Source: Coriobacteriales bacterium
GTDB lineage: Bacteria > Actinomycetota > Coriobacteriia > Coriobacteriales > RUG844
DNA: 64,000 nt
Direction of reading: 5' to 3'
Assembly: GCA_017434185.1 (NCBI GenBank)
Contig: JAFRFV010000187.1
Coordinates: 8,035-72,034 of the forward strand
Below are positions 1 through 7,832 of the stretch, piece after piece. Positions within the stretch are counted from its first letter, which is position 1, and each line of letters begins with the position of its first letter. Both the position numbers and the translations under genes were made by a program. Below the pieces are notes generated by a model that was not told the DNA's origin, did not search any database, and worked only from the letters and a program-made list of their open reading frames with translations.

Positions 1-50
1 AGTTGCTTTTTCCCGCGTTATCGTATCAACGTGGCGAATTCCCAATCCGG

Positions 51-405
51 TTAGTTCCTTGTCATCACCACGACCGTTTCCACATGATACGTTTGCGGGA
101 ACAGGTCGACCGGAGTGATGCGTTCTATCCTGAAACTGTCGCGGCAGAGCAGGGCGAGGTCGCGTGCCAGCGTCGAAGGGTCGCATGACACGTACACGAG
201 CTGTTGCACGCCGCTATCGCAGAGCGAGTCGATGACCTCCGTGGCAAGTCCGGCGCGCGGTGGGTCGATCACGGCGACATCAGCGTACCCCATGCCGGGC
301 AGCTCGCGTGCGACATCGCCACCGATCACCTGTGCGTACAGGTTGGCATTGTCGAGGTTGCGTCGCAGGTCACGTACGCTGCTCCCATAGGATTCCGCCG
401 CGCGC
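51..405 (-). pseudogene. Displaced 3' fragment (C-terminal ~113 aa) of a RumA/RlmD-family rRNA methyltransferase gene
   Basis: ORF 51..422 translates to ESYGSSVRDLRRNLDNANLYAQVIGGDVARELPGMGYADVAVIDPPRAGL...YVSCDPSTLARDLALLCRD...DLFPQTYH. This is nearly identical to the C-terminus of the full-length gene at 1579..2940. The N-terminal TRAM and Fe-S parts are absent. Confidence 0.8.
54..405. repeat. Direct repeat copy A (~350 bp), homologous to 1606..1957
   Basis: Hand alignment at a constant offset of 1552 bp. Positions 256..362 are identical to 1808..1914 (107 bp). The flanks are more diverged, especially toward the gene's 3' end. Confidence 0.85.
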
Positions 406-538
406 CGGATCCCCTTCTCCAAGCTCCCATTTCGACACGGCCTGTCTGCTCACGCCCAACATCTATCGAATCGATTGTGCTATTAGTCTACCATCAGTGG
501 GCCGTATCTCGAAAGTATGGTGTTGAGGGCAATCAACC

Positions 539-1582
539 TCATCCAATGGGGACGTACCCCGGAAGCCGCTCGTCGTCCTCACGCAATTCCACGATCTTCC
601 TTCCATTGGTTTCTTCAAGCTGAATGCCTAGATAATCATGGCTCTCATCGCGCCCGATGCCTTCGACGACAAGCACTCCGTTCTTGTCTGAGAAGATGAG
701 CTTCCTATAGGGTTCTGTGTTGAACAGAGACTCGTAAACACCATGGTCTGTGATGCATGTCACTACGAATGTGAATAATCCGGAAGTTCCTCCCCAAGAG
801 AGAAGCAGCACATCGTCGCTTCCGTCGTTGTCAATGTCGCAAACAGCAACACGCTCCAGTGAAGTGAGGTATTTCTCCGTTCCGTTCACATAGTAGAGGT
901 CGCTGGAGTAATGTTCATTGTCTTCGAACATCAGCGTCTCCCGACCTTCGCTCTTGAAGACGTCGTATGAATACACTGGAACAACGAATAACTGCCCACC
1001 CGTACGTTCGAAGAAGCCTTCGGGCGTGATGTCGATGGGGTGGATCGGGATCTTCGACAGGCTGTTCTCCCGATCCGGCATCAAGATGGCCGCCGCTTCC
1101 TCGTAGGAGATCCCATCTTGCGGCGCGAAGGGACTTCTCTGGTACCAGGAAACCCCGAAGAAAGCATCGTCCTGGGAAGTGGAGTAGTAGCCGTCGTTCA
1201 CACAATACCTTGAGAAGACCATGCAATCATCGCGAAACAGGAAATCGCTGTATTTCGATGAATACAGCGAAAAACCAGCGGCACCAAGTTCGGCTAGAAA
1301 CGAATCGTAGTTTTCGCGAGTGGCACCGTTGCATGAGTAATAGTAGCCGCTCGTGGAAGTCTCTGTCGCACCCTGCAGGGAGAAGGGTGGCTCGCCAATC
1401 GAGTTGAATCGGTTGAAAACCATGATCCCTTCGTCCGAGTCGTGTTTCGGCTCATTGGACACCGAAGAGCCATTCCCGCTTTCTTCGCTTGATTCGAATG
1501 CGCAGGAAACAAGGGAAAGACAAACTGAGAACGAGATCAAAAGCAGCATCAGGTCCTTGATCGTCTTGCTCAATACCCTCAC
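539..1582 (-). CDS. Putative lipoprotein of unknown function with a C-terminal FG-GAP/VCBS-like DxDxDG motif
   Basis: 347 aa ORF. The N-terminus MRVLSKTIKDLMLLLISFSVCLSLVSC has a signal peptide and an LVSC lipobox. The motif CDIDNDGSDDVLLL is present. The region is visibly less GC-rich than its neighbours. I recognise no family. Confidence 0.7.
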   Translation of the reverse strand: MRVLSKTIKDLMLLLISFSVCLSLVSCAFESSEESGNGSSVSNEPKHDSDEGIMVFNRFNSIGEPPFSLQGATETSTSGYYYSCNGATRENYDSFLAELGAAGFSLYSSKYSDFLFRDDCMVFSRYCVNDGYYSTSQDDAFFGVSWYQRSPFAPQDGISYEEAAAILMPDRENSLSKIPIHPIDITPEGFFERTGGQLFVVPVYSYDVFKSEGRETLMFEDNEHYSSDLYYVNGTEKYLTSLERVAVCDIDNDGSDDVLLLSWGGTSGLFTFVVTCITDHGVYESLFNTEPYRKLIFSDKNGVLVVEGIGRDESHDYLGIQLEETNGRKIVELREDDERLPGYVPIG

Positions 1583-2940
1583 CTTCTCCCTATGGATCCA
1601 ACTTTGTTTCGAGTGAGCAGCGTGACCGTCTCACAATGATACGTTTGAGGGAACAGATCAACAGGTACCAGGCGCTCGATCCTGAAAATGTCGCGGCAGA
1701 GCAGCGCCAGGTCTCGCGCCAACGTGGACGGGTCACATGATACATAGACCAAACGCTGCACGCCGCTATCACACAGGGAATCTATGACCTCGGGAGCCAG
1801 ACCGGCACGCGGTGGGTCGATCACGGCGACATCAGCGTACCCCATGCCGGGCAGCTCGCGTGCGACATCGCCACCGATCACCTGTGCGTACAGGTTGGCA
1901 TTGTCGAGGTTGCGGCGCAGGTCACGCACGCTGCTCCCATAGGATTCCACCGCGACGACCTCATCGAAGTCCTGTGCGAGCGGCAGTGTGAAGGTGCCGG
2001 CGCCACTGTACAGATCGAAGGCGGTGCCGTGCGACACGTTCTCGAACGCCCCCATGACGATACGGATAAGCGCAGCAGCTTGTTGGCTGTTCACCTGGAA
2101 GAACGAGGGCGCACTGATGAGATATTCGTTCCCTTGCAGCGATTCCTTCCAGAATCCCTTGCCATGGAGCACTTCGACCTTGCTCACCTCGCGTGCCTTG
2201 GTCTTGCTGTCCTCCTTGAGCATGACCCTCACGACACTACTGCAACCCGGCACCGCCGTGCCCACCACCTGGCTCACGATGCCGCGTGGGAAGGCACCCG
2301 TGCGCGTCCATAAAGCGAGCTCCTGGCTTCCCGTTGCAAGAGAGTAGCGGATGCCAACGCGCAGCACGTCAGCGCCCGCATCACCGGAGAGGGCGTATGC
2401 CAGGGCACCCCGCAGTGAGTCGGGCGTCTTCTGGAGTTTCCTGTCGAGCAACAGACAGCTCTTGACGGGTGCGAAGCCGCCATCGACGCCATGCATGCCC
2501 AGCGCCAACTTGCCGCCTATGTTCGCTTTGACTTCGAGTTCGACCTTGTTGCGATAACCCCATCGCTTGGGCGAGGGGAGCGTGTCGTCAACCAGCTGCT
2601 CGATTCCGGCGTCGAAGCCGCCTATGCGCATGAGAGCATCCAGCAGATTGGCGCGCTTCGCAGCAAGCTGCGCGTCGTAGTCCACATGTTGCCACGGGCA
2701 ACCACCACAAACGCCGGCATAGGGGCAGGGGCTCTTGACACGCGCTTCGCCGGGATCCAGCACTTGGGTCACCGTCGCCTTCGCGAAGCCCTTCTTCTCC
2801 TGGTTGATGTGGGCCTCCACCAGGTCGCCGGGGCATCCACCCGCGACGAAGCAGACCTTCCCGTTCTCCAGATGCGCGATGGAATCAGCGCTGTATGAGA
2901 GGCGCTCGATGCGCAGGCGCTGGGTCTCCATATCGCTCAT
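1579..2940 (-). CDS. 23S rRNA (uracil-5-)-methyltransferase, RumA/RlmD family (TRAM + [4Fe-4S] + SAM methyltransferase)
   Basis: Contains a TRAM-like N-terminus (RIERLSYSADSIAHLENGKVCFVAGGCPGDLV), a Cys cluster (CPYAGVCGGCPWQH) and SAM methyltransferase motifs (DLYSGAGTFTLPLA, VIDPPRAGL). I moved the start to the ATG at 2940 (MSDMETQRL), which forms an ATGA overlap with the maf stop. The track's 83-aa Arg-rich extension is unlikely to be coding. Confidence 0.9.
   Translation of the reverse strand: MSDMETQRLRIERLSYSADSIAHLENGKVCFVAGGCPGDLVEAHINQEKKGFAKATVTQVLDPGEARVKSPCPYAGVCGGCPWQHVDYDAQLAAKRANLLDALMRIGGFDAGIEQLVDDTLPSPKRWGYRNKVELEVKANIGGKLALGMHGVDGGFAPVKSCLLLDRKLQKTPDSLRGALAYALSGDAGADVLRVGIRYSLATGSQELALWTRTGAFPRGIVSQVVGTAVPGCSSVVRVMLKEDSKTKAREVSKVEVLHGKGFWKESLQGNEYLISAPSFFQVNSQQAAALIRIVMGAFENVSHGTAFDLYSGAGTFTLPLAQDFDEVVAVESYGSSVRDLRRNLDNANLYAQVIGGDVARELPGMGYADVAVIDPPRAGLAPEVIDSLCDSGVQRLVYVSCDPSTLARDLALLCRDIFRIERLVPVDLFPQTYHCETVTLLTRNKVGSIGRR
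1606..1957. repeat. Direct repeat copy B, forming the functional 3' end of the methyltransferase gene
   Basis: See copy A. Same orientation, 1552 bp offset. Confidence 0.85.
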
Positions 2941-3596
2941 TGCCCGGCCTCCTCCAGCGATTCCAATTCCTGCATGAGATGGCACAGGGGAAGTCCCACC
3001 ACGTTGAAGTAGTCGCCGTGGATTCCCTGCACGAACAGCGAAGCTTTGCCTTGGATGCCGTACGAGCCCGCTTTGTCCAGCGGTTCTCCGCTGAGGACGT
3101 AATCCTCTATCTCGGCATCGGACAGTTCGCGGAACCTCACGTCGGTACTCTCGTAGAAGCGACGCTCGATGCCGCGAGCGAGTATGCACACTCCACTGAT
3201 GACCTGATGGCTGCGTCCGGACAGGAGCTTCAACATGCGACGGGCGTCATCCGCATCATGGGGCTTGCCCAGGACCTCACGATCCACGAGCACGATGGTG
3301 TCGCAGGCGACTATGGGGCGCTTATCCCCATCATCCACCCGTTCCGCGACCGCATGTGCCTTGGCGGCGGCGCATGCCATCGTCTGCTCCTCCACACTTA
3401 TGAAGGGGCACATTGTCTCATCCGCATGCGAGACCATCACTTCGAAATCCTGCCCGACCATGGCGAGCAGTTCCGCTCTTCGCGGCGAGGCGGACGCGAG
3501 TATGATGCTGTTCCGTTGACTGTCCGTTGGCATGTGTTCCTTGAATTCCTCCAACTCACCGCTTACCGTATGCGCCGGCCCTTTGTAGATTGGCAC
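2937..3596 (-). CDS. maf: Maf-like nucleoside triphosphate pyrophosphatase / septum formation protein
   Basis: Contains IILASASPRRAELL, ACDTIVLVD and GSYGIQG motifs. The true start may be the internal ATG at 3533 (MPTDSQRN). Confidence 0.85.
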   Translation of the reverse strand: MPIYKGPAHTVSGELEEFKEHMPTDSQRNSIILASASPRRAELLAMVGQDFEVMVSHADETMCPFISVEEQTMACAAAKAHAVAERVDDGDKRPIVACDTIVLVDREVLGKPHDADDARRMLKLLSGRSHQVISGVCILARGIERRFYESTDVRFRELSDAEIEDYVLSGEPLDKAGSYGIQGKASLFVQGIHGDYFNVVGLPLCHLMQELESLEEAGQ

Positions 3597-3669
3597 GGAT
3601 GATGGCCAAGCGTGGGGCTTTATAGTGACGGCATTGTGCTTTGCCCCCTAGAACGGAGACGATTGTAAC

Positions 3670-3873
3670 ATGGCTCATATTGGAAACGAAATCCTCAGCG
3701 CTGTCATCGACATCGAGGCCTGTGTCGGTTGTGGCACCTGTGTCGAAGCCTGCCCTCTCGAGTGCCTCGAGCTCTCCGACGAGGGTTATGCCGTGATGGC
3801 CAATGCAGAGGCTTGCGTCCTGGATGGTTCCTGCGAGGCTGCCTGCCCCAACGGCGCCATCTCCATCCAGTAG
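3670..3873 (+). CDS. Small 2x[4Fe-4S] ferredoxin
   Basis: 67 aa with CVGCGTCVEACP and a second motif, CVLDGSCEAACP. Confidence 0.85.
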   Translation: MAHIGNEILSAVIDIEACVGCGTCVEACPLECLELSDEGYAVMANAEACVLDGSCEAACPNGAISIQ

Positions 3874-3926
3874 ACGGTTCGGTCCCGCGCACGGATCCGT
3901 CCGAGCGCGCAGAAGGACGAAACCCC

Positions 3927-3960
3927 GAGCGGAGTCGAGCGACTCCGCTCGTCTCTTTTC
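3927..3960 (+). terminator. Rho-independent terminator after the ferredoxin gene
   Basis: Perfect hairpin GAGCGGAGTC-gagc-GACTCCGCTC followed by GTCTCTTTTC. Confidence 0.7.
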
Positions 3961-4070
3961 CTAGCGTCCGGATATGTGTTCGACAATACAGAAAGTTCTG
4001 TGTACGTCGCTGCCATCTACCTGCGGATACGGTAGAATCATCACAGGTCGAGAGCGGGGAGAGGCTCTTC

Positions 4071-5786
4071 ATGATCGATTACACCAGAGAGCGGGAAGTC
4101 CTGCAGGATGAAGTGGGTGAGGGGTTCTCACTCGCCTATGTCTCCTGTGCCGCCCTGTGCGACATGCTCGAACAATCCGGTTTCATGGTGGGCAGCAGAC
4201 CCGATATCAACAAGAAGGTCTTCGCCTGGTTCGAGCAGAGCGAAGACCTCTCCACCTGCCCTCTCATGAGCCCTGCGGCACGCATCCTGCGCATGTGTGG
4301 TGCCGACAGATGCGCTCCGCTCCTTGACAAGACCCCACGTGCCTATGCACTCCTTGTCACTCCCGACGATGTTTTCCCTGCTGAGCTCATGCGTTTGAGG
4401 AACCGTATCATTCATGTTCCCAACGTACCCGATCCCCGTGTCGTCGCGTCCGCGGTCCAATTCCTGTTCATGCAATCCGTGGTCTGGGAGAACCAGCTGC
4501 GCCGCCTCGCCGCCACCGGTACGTCCCTCAGGCCCCTTCTCGATCTCATGTCGGAGATCTTGCGTGGCTACGTCTGTGTCATCTCCGACGACTGTTCGCT
4601 GATGGGCGAGTGCTCCGGTTTCAGGCGCCCGGTCAAGAGCTTCCGCTTCATGTTCGCCGAGCCCTACTATTCTTCGGAGGATAAGAACGACAGCGAGCTC
4701 ATCTCACTCGACCTCGACGAGGATTCCGAAGCACATGAGGCGCAACCCATCGAGAGCGGAGCCAAGTACTTCCTGCGTTGCCCCCTCTCCATCCATTCCG
4801 CCTACGTCGGTTCCGTCCTGCTCGAGACAGCCGGTACGGATGTGCCTCATGGTCTGAAACTCATGTTCCAGCATCTCACCGCCTACGTCCTCGAGTTCCT
4901 CGGGCGCCAGCATGGCGATAACTTCGACAAGACCTTCATGCAGCATTACTGCCTCACCGCGCTCCTGCGTGGGGATGTCCTGGACAAGGCGACACTCGCA
5001 TCCTTCAAGGAGACACTGAGCATCCCAACGGAGGCCCAATTCAAGATCGTCGCACTCGATGCGAAGGATTGCCCCAACGACAGCAAGGAGCTGCTCATCA
5101 GTTGCATGAGCCGCCTCAACAACGGTTCCAACCACTGTCTCTTCCATAATGGGCGCATCGTCTGCATCTGCTTCGCACCGCTGGAGGCGGGAACGGTCCT
5201 GGCCAACGTCCAGACCTTCGTCGATCTGCGCAACAACGTGTACGTACCCTTGGGCGCTATCTGCGGCTTCTCACAGGTCTTCACGGACATCTACGATGTC
5301 CATCATGCCTACCAGGAGGCCATCTACGTGCTCCAGCACCGCGATCTCATCATGAAGGAGATGCTCGTCGCCAACGACGTGGAGACGGAATGCATCGGTC
5401 TGCCCTTCGAAGCCGCGTTGCCCTACATCGCCATCAACGGCCTGCAGGTGGATGAGCGTCTGCTCGACTTCGCGCTCTCCGGTGCCATCGGTGTGCCCGG
5501 TACGCTCGCAAAGGAGGAGGCATCCGATCCCACTGGGGATTTCGCCCTGTTGTGGTACTTCCTCAAGTACGAGCGCAACGCCTCCAGAGTGGGGCGCATC
5601 ATGTTCATGCACCGCAATTCCGTGCTCTATCGTATCAAGCAAATCGAGAAGCGCTTCGCACTCTCACTCGATGATCAGCTCACCCGCGAACGCATCATCA
5701 TGGAATACCGTCTGGTCTTCCAGCGTCTGGATCGTGAGCGACTCGAAGCCCTGTTCAAGGTCAAACAGGCGGAATCCACCGACTGA
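4071..5786 (+). CDS. PucR/CdaR-family transcriptional regulator
   Basis: The C-terminus LLWYFLKYERNASRVGRIMFMHRNSVLYRIKQIEKRFALSLDD is a typical PucR C-terminal HTH. I moved the start to the ATG at 4071 (MIDYTRERE). The track ORF start at 3729 overlaps the ferredoxin gene and a terminator. Confidence 0.8.
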   Translation: MIDYTREREVLQDEVGEGFSLAYVSCAALCDMLEQSGFMVGSRPDINKKVFAWFEQSEDLSTCPLMSPAARILRMCGADRCAPLLDKTPRAYALLVTPDDVFPAELMRLRNRIIHVPNVPDPRVVASAVQFLFMQSVVWENQLRRLAATGTSLRPLLDLMSEILRGYVCVISDDCSLMGECSGFRRPVKSFRFMFAEPYYSSEDKNDSELISLDLDEDSEAHEAQPIESGAKYFLRCPLSIHSAYVGSVLLETAGTDVPHGLKLMFQHLTAYVLEFLGRQHGDNFDKTFMQHYCLTALLRGDVLDKATLASFKETLSIPTEAQFKIVALDAKDCPNDSKELLISCMSRLNNGSNHCLFHNGRIVCICFAPLEAGTVLANVQTFVDLRNNVYVPLGAICGFSQVFTDIYDVHHAYQEAIYVLQHRDLIMKEMLVANDVETECIGLPFEAALPYIAINGLQVDERLLDFALSGAIGVPGTLAKEEASDPTGDFALLWYFLKYERNASRVGRIMFMHRNSVLYRIKQIEKRFALSLDDQLTRERIIMEYRLVFQRLDRERLEALFKVKQAESTD

Positions 5787-5970
5787 GCAGCGCTTATCCA
5801 CCACTCCGCCCGTGTCCTGTCGGAGGGTTCTTCTCGCAAGTGCCCAATCCATTTCGTGCATCTGATACAGGATACCCTCTTCTTTCCTCGATATATTGAC
5901 TCTGCATAGGAAGGCATGACCCGCCTTGGCTCGTCATGCTCCAGGGATATCGAGTGGAAGGAGAGAGGAA

Positions 5971-7233
5971 ATGGCGGATTCCAACGCCGCTGTCGCAACC
6001 GAGCTGTATCCACAAAGGTGGCTCTGCTTGGTCGGCATGGTAATCGTCTTGTTCACAATGCAGTTCTCCCTGATCATCATGCCCGGCATCGCGCCGTACA
6101 TCATGCAGGAGATGCAGCTCACCCCCGCGCAGTTCGGTATGCTGGCCAATACGCCGTACTTGGCCGGTCTGCTCTTTGGCATCATCACCGGTAACTGGGG
6201 TGATAGGATCGGTATCAAGAAGATCATGATCTTCGCCATCTGCTTCTTCATCGTAGGTGCCTGGTGGCGTGCCTTCGCCCACAGCTTCCTGTGGTTGTTC
6301 GTATCGAGCTTGGTCATGGGCTTCGGTCTGGCTGTCATGAATGCGAACTCCACCAAGGGTATCCGCCTGTGGTTCCCCGGCAAGAACATGGGTATCGCGA
6401 TGGGTATCTACGTCGCCGGTGCCTCCATCGGTGCTGGTGTCGCCCTCAAGTGCGGTGCACTGTGGGGCACCAAGACCTCCCTGCTCGTGAGTGCCATCGC
6501 CAGTCTGGTCGCCATGGCAGTGTGGGTGTTCATGTACAAGACCCATCCCGCCGAGTCCGGTGACAAGTCCTCCACCGTTGGTATGGACGCCTTCAAGGCC
6601 GTCATGAAGGATAAGAACGTCTGGCTGGTCTCCCTCATGATCATGTTCGTCTTCGGTATCTCCACCACCGCTCAGACCTACATGAATGCCTCTCTCGGTA
6701 TCCTCTCCGGTGGCAACATGGGTCTGGTGGGCACCATCGCCCTCGTCTCCACCATCTTCGTCGCCCTGTCCTCCATCTTCGGCCCCGCCGTCGTGGCCAG
6801 GTTCAAGACCTTCCGTGGTGTCATGATCGCCGCCTGCGCGATCCTGGCTGCCTTCACTGCATCCATCCTGTTCTTCCCCTTTGGTATCGCCACTTGGATC
6901 ACCATCATCGGCTTCAGCCTGTTCATGGGTGTCATCCTTGCCATGGGCAAGACGGTCCCCGCGCTGCTTCCCGGTATCGATCCGCGCAACCTGGGCGCTG
7001 TCGGTGGTCTCCAGTCCACCCTGCAGAACCTTGGTGGCTGGCTGATCTGCGGCTACATCATCGCTCCCATCGCACAGAGCATGTATCCCAGTGTGGATGG
7101 TGGCATCACCTTCGGTCTCAACTGCTATCAGGCCATCTACATCGGGGCTGCCATCTGCATCCTCCTTGCGGCTGTCTGCATCTTCCTGCTGCCCAAGAAC
7201 ACGCCGTCGCATCTCGAGATCGGCGAGGAATAG
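5971..7233 (+). CDS. MFS transporter (about 12 TM)
   Basis: Multiple hydrophobic helices, and an MFS-like loop GNWGDRIGIKK after TM2. The ATG at 5971 is preceded by GGAAGGAGAGAGG. Confidence 0.85.
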   Translation: MADSNAAVATELYPQRWLCLVGMVIVLFTMQFSLIIMPGIAPYIMQEMQLTPAQFGMLANTPYLAGLLFGIITGNWGDRIGIKKIMIFAICFFIVGAWWRAFAHSFLWLFVSSLVMGFGLAVMNANSTKGIRLWFPGKNMGIAMGIYVAGASIGAGVALKCGALWGTKTSLLVSAIASLVAMAVWVFMYKTHPAESGDKSSTVGMDAFKAVMKDKNVWLVSLMIMFVFGISTTAQTYMNASLGILSGGNMGLVGTIALVSTIFVALSSIFGPAVVARFKTFRGVMIAACAILAAFTASILFFPFGIATWITIIGFSLFMGVILAMGKTVPALLPGIDPRNLGAVGGLQSTLQNLGGWLICGYIIAPIAQSMYPSVDGGITFGLNCYQAIYIGAAICILLAAVCIFLLPKNTPSHLEIGEE

Positions 7234-7305
7234 CCGGGGCATTATCCAGCGCTCGATCGACCGGGCGCTTATTCAGAAGGGGAAACGAGAAAGAAAGGAG
7301 CGACT

Positions 7306-7818
7306 ATGGAGGGTTATGGGAACCATATCGTCCAGTACTCACCGGAGTATTCCCTCTGCGCTGGCTGCGAAGCCTGCTCCATCATGTGCGGTTTGACCCA
7401 TGAGGGCTTCACGGGTCCCGGCAACTGCAGGATCAGGCTCAAGCTGGCAAGACGATCCCTCATCCACGAGATCCTGTCCTGCCAGCAGTGCGATGACCAT
7501 CCCTGCTACGAGGCCTGCCCGCTCAAGGATGATGCGATGTGCATCGACGCCGACACCGGGATCGTCTACGTGAATGAGGATTCCTGCATCGGCTGCGGAC
7601 GCTGCATGAAGGCATGCAAGTTCACGCCATCGCGTATCTCGCTGCGCAGGAGCAACGTGAAGAGGGGTACCAAGGCCGTCAAGTGCGATCTGTGTCGCGG
7701 CAACCCGGATGGCCCCCAGTGCATCAAGTATTGCCAGGTCGTCTGCATCGGCTTGAGTGACGATTCCGTCCTGCGTGAGGACGGATGGTGGCCCAAGTCC
7801 GCGGCGCCGCAGGATTAG
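7306..7818 (+). CDS. 4x[4Fe-4S] electron-transfer subunit (DmsB/NrfC/YdhY-like)
   Basis: 170 aa with four Cys cluster motifs: CAGCEACSIMC, CQQCDDHPCYEACP, CIGCGRCMKACK and CDLCRGNPDGPQCIKYC. It ends 14 nt upstream of the AOR gene. Confidence 0.85.
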   Translation: MEGYGNHIVQYSPEYSLCAGCEACSIMCGLTHEGFTGPGNCRIRLKLARRSLIHEILSCQQCDDHPCYEACPLKDDAMCIDADTGIVYVNEDSCIGCGRCMKACKFTPSRISLRRSNVKRGTKAVKCDLCRGNPDGPQCIKYCQVVCIGLSDDSVLREDGWWPKSAAPQD

Positions 7819-7832
7819 GGGAGGGGAGAGAC

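Noticed and set aside
2941-3189. N-terminal extension of the methyltransferase ORF (track start 3189). Similar long 5' extensions occur in track ORFs 3729, 5926, 7785, 19669, 21533, 25292, 31666, 40257, 48780 and 50336.
   Set aside because: The extensions are Arg/Pro/Ala-rich and overlap the upstream genes. In each case they precede an internal start with a Shine-Dalgarno sequence or stop-start coupling, and the family-typical N-terminus begins at that internal start.
5794-7242. 482-aa Asp/Gly/His-rich ORF antisense to the first MFS transporter.
   Set aside because: It is a shadow ORF of a GC-rich membrane-protein gene. It has no start context and no domain signal.
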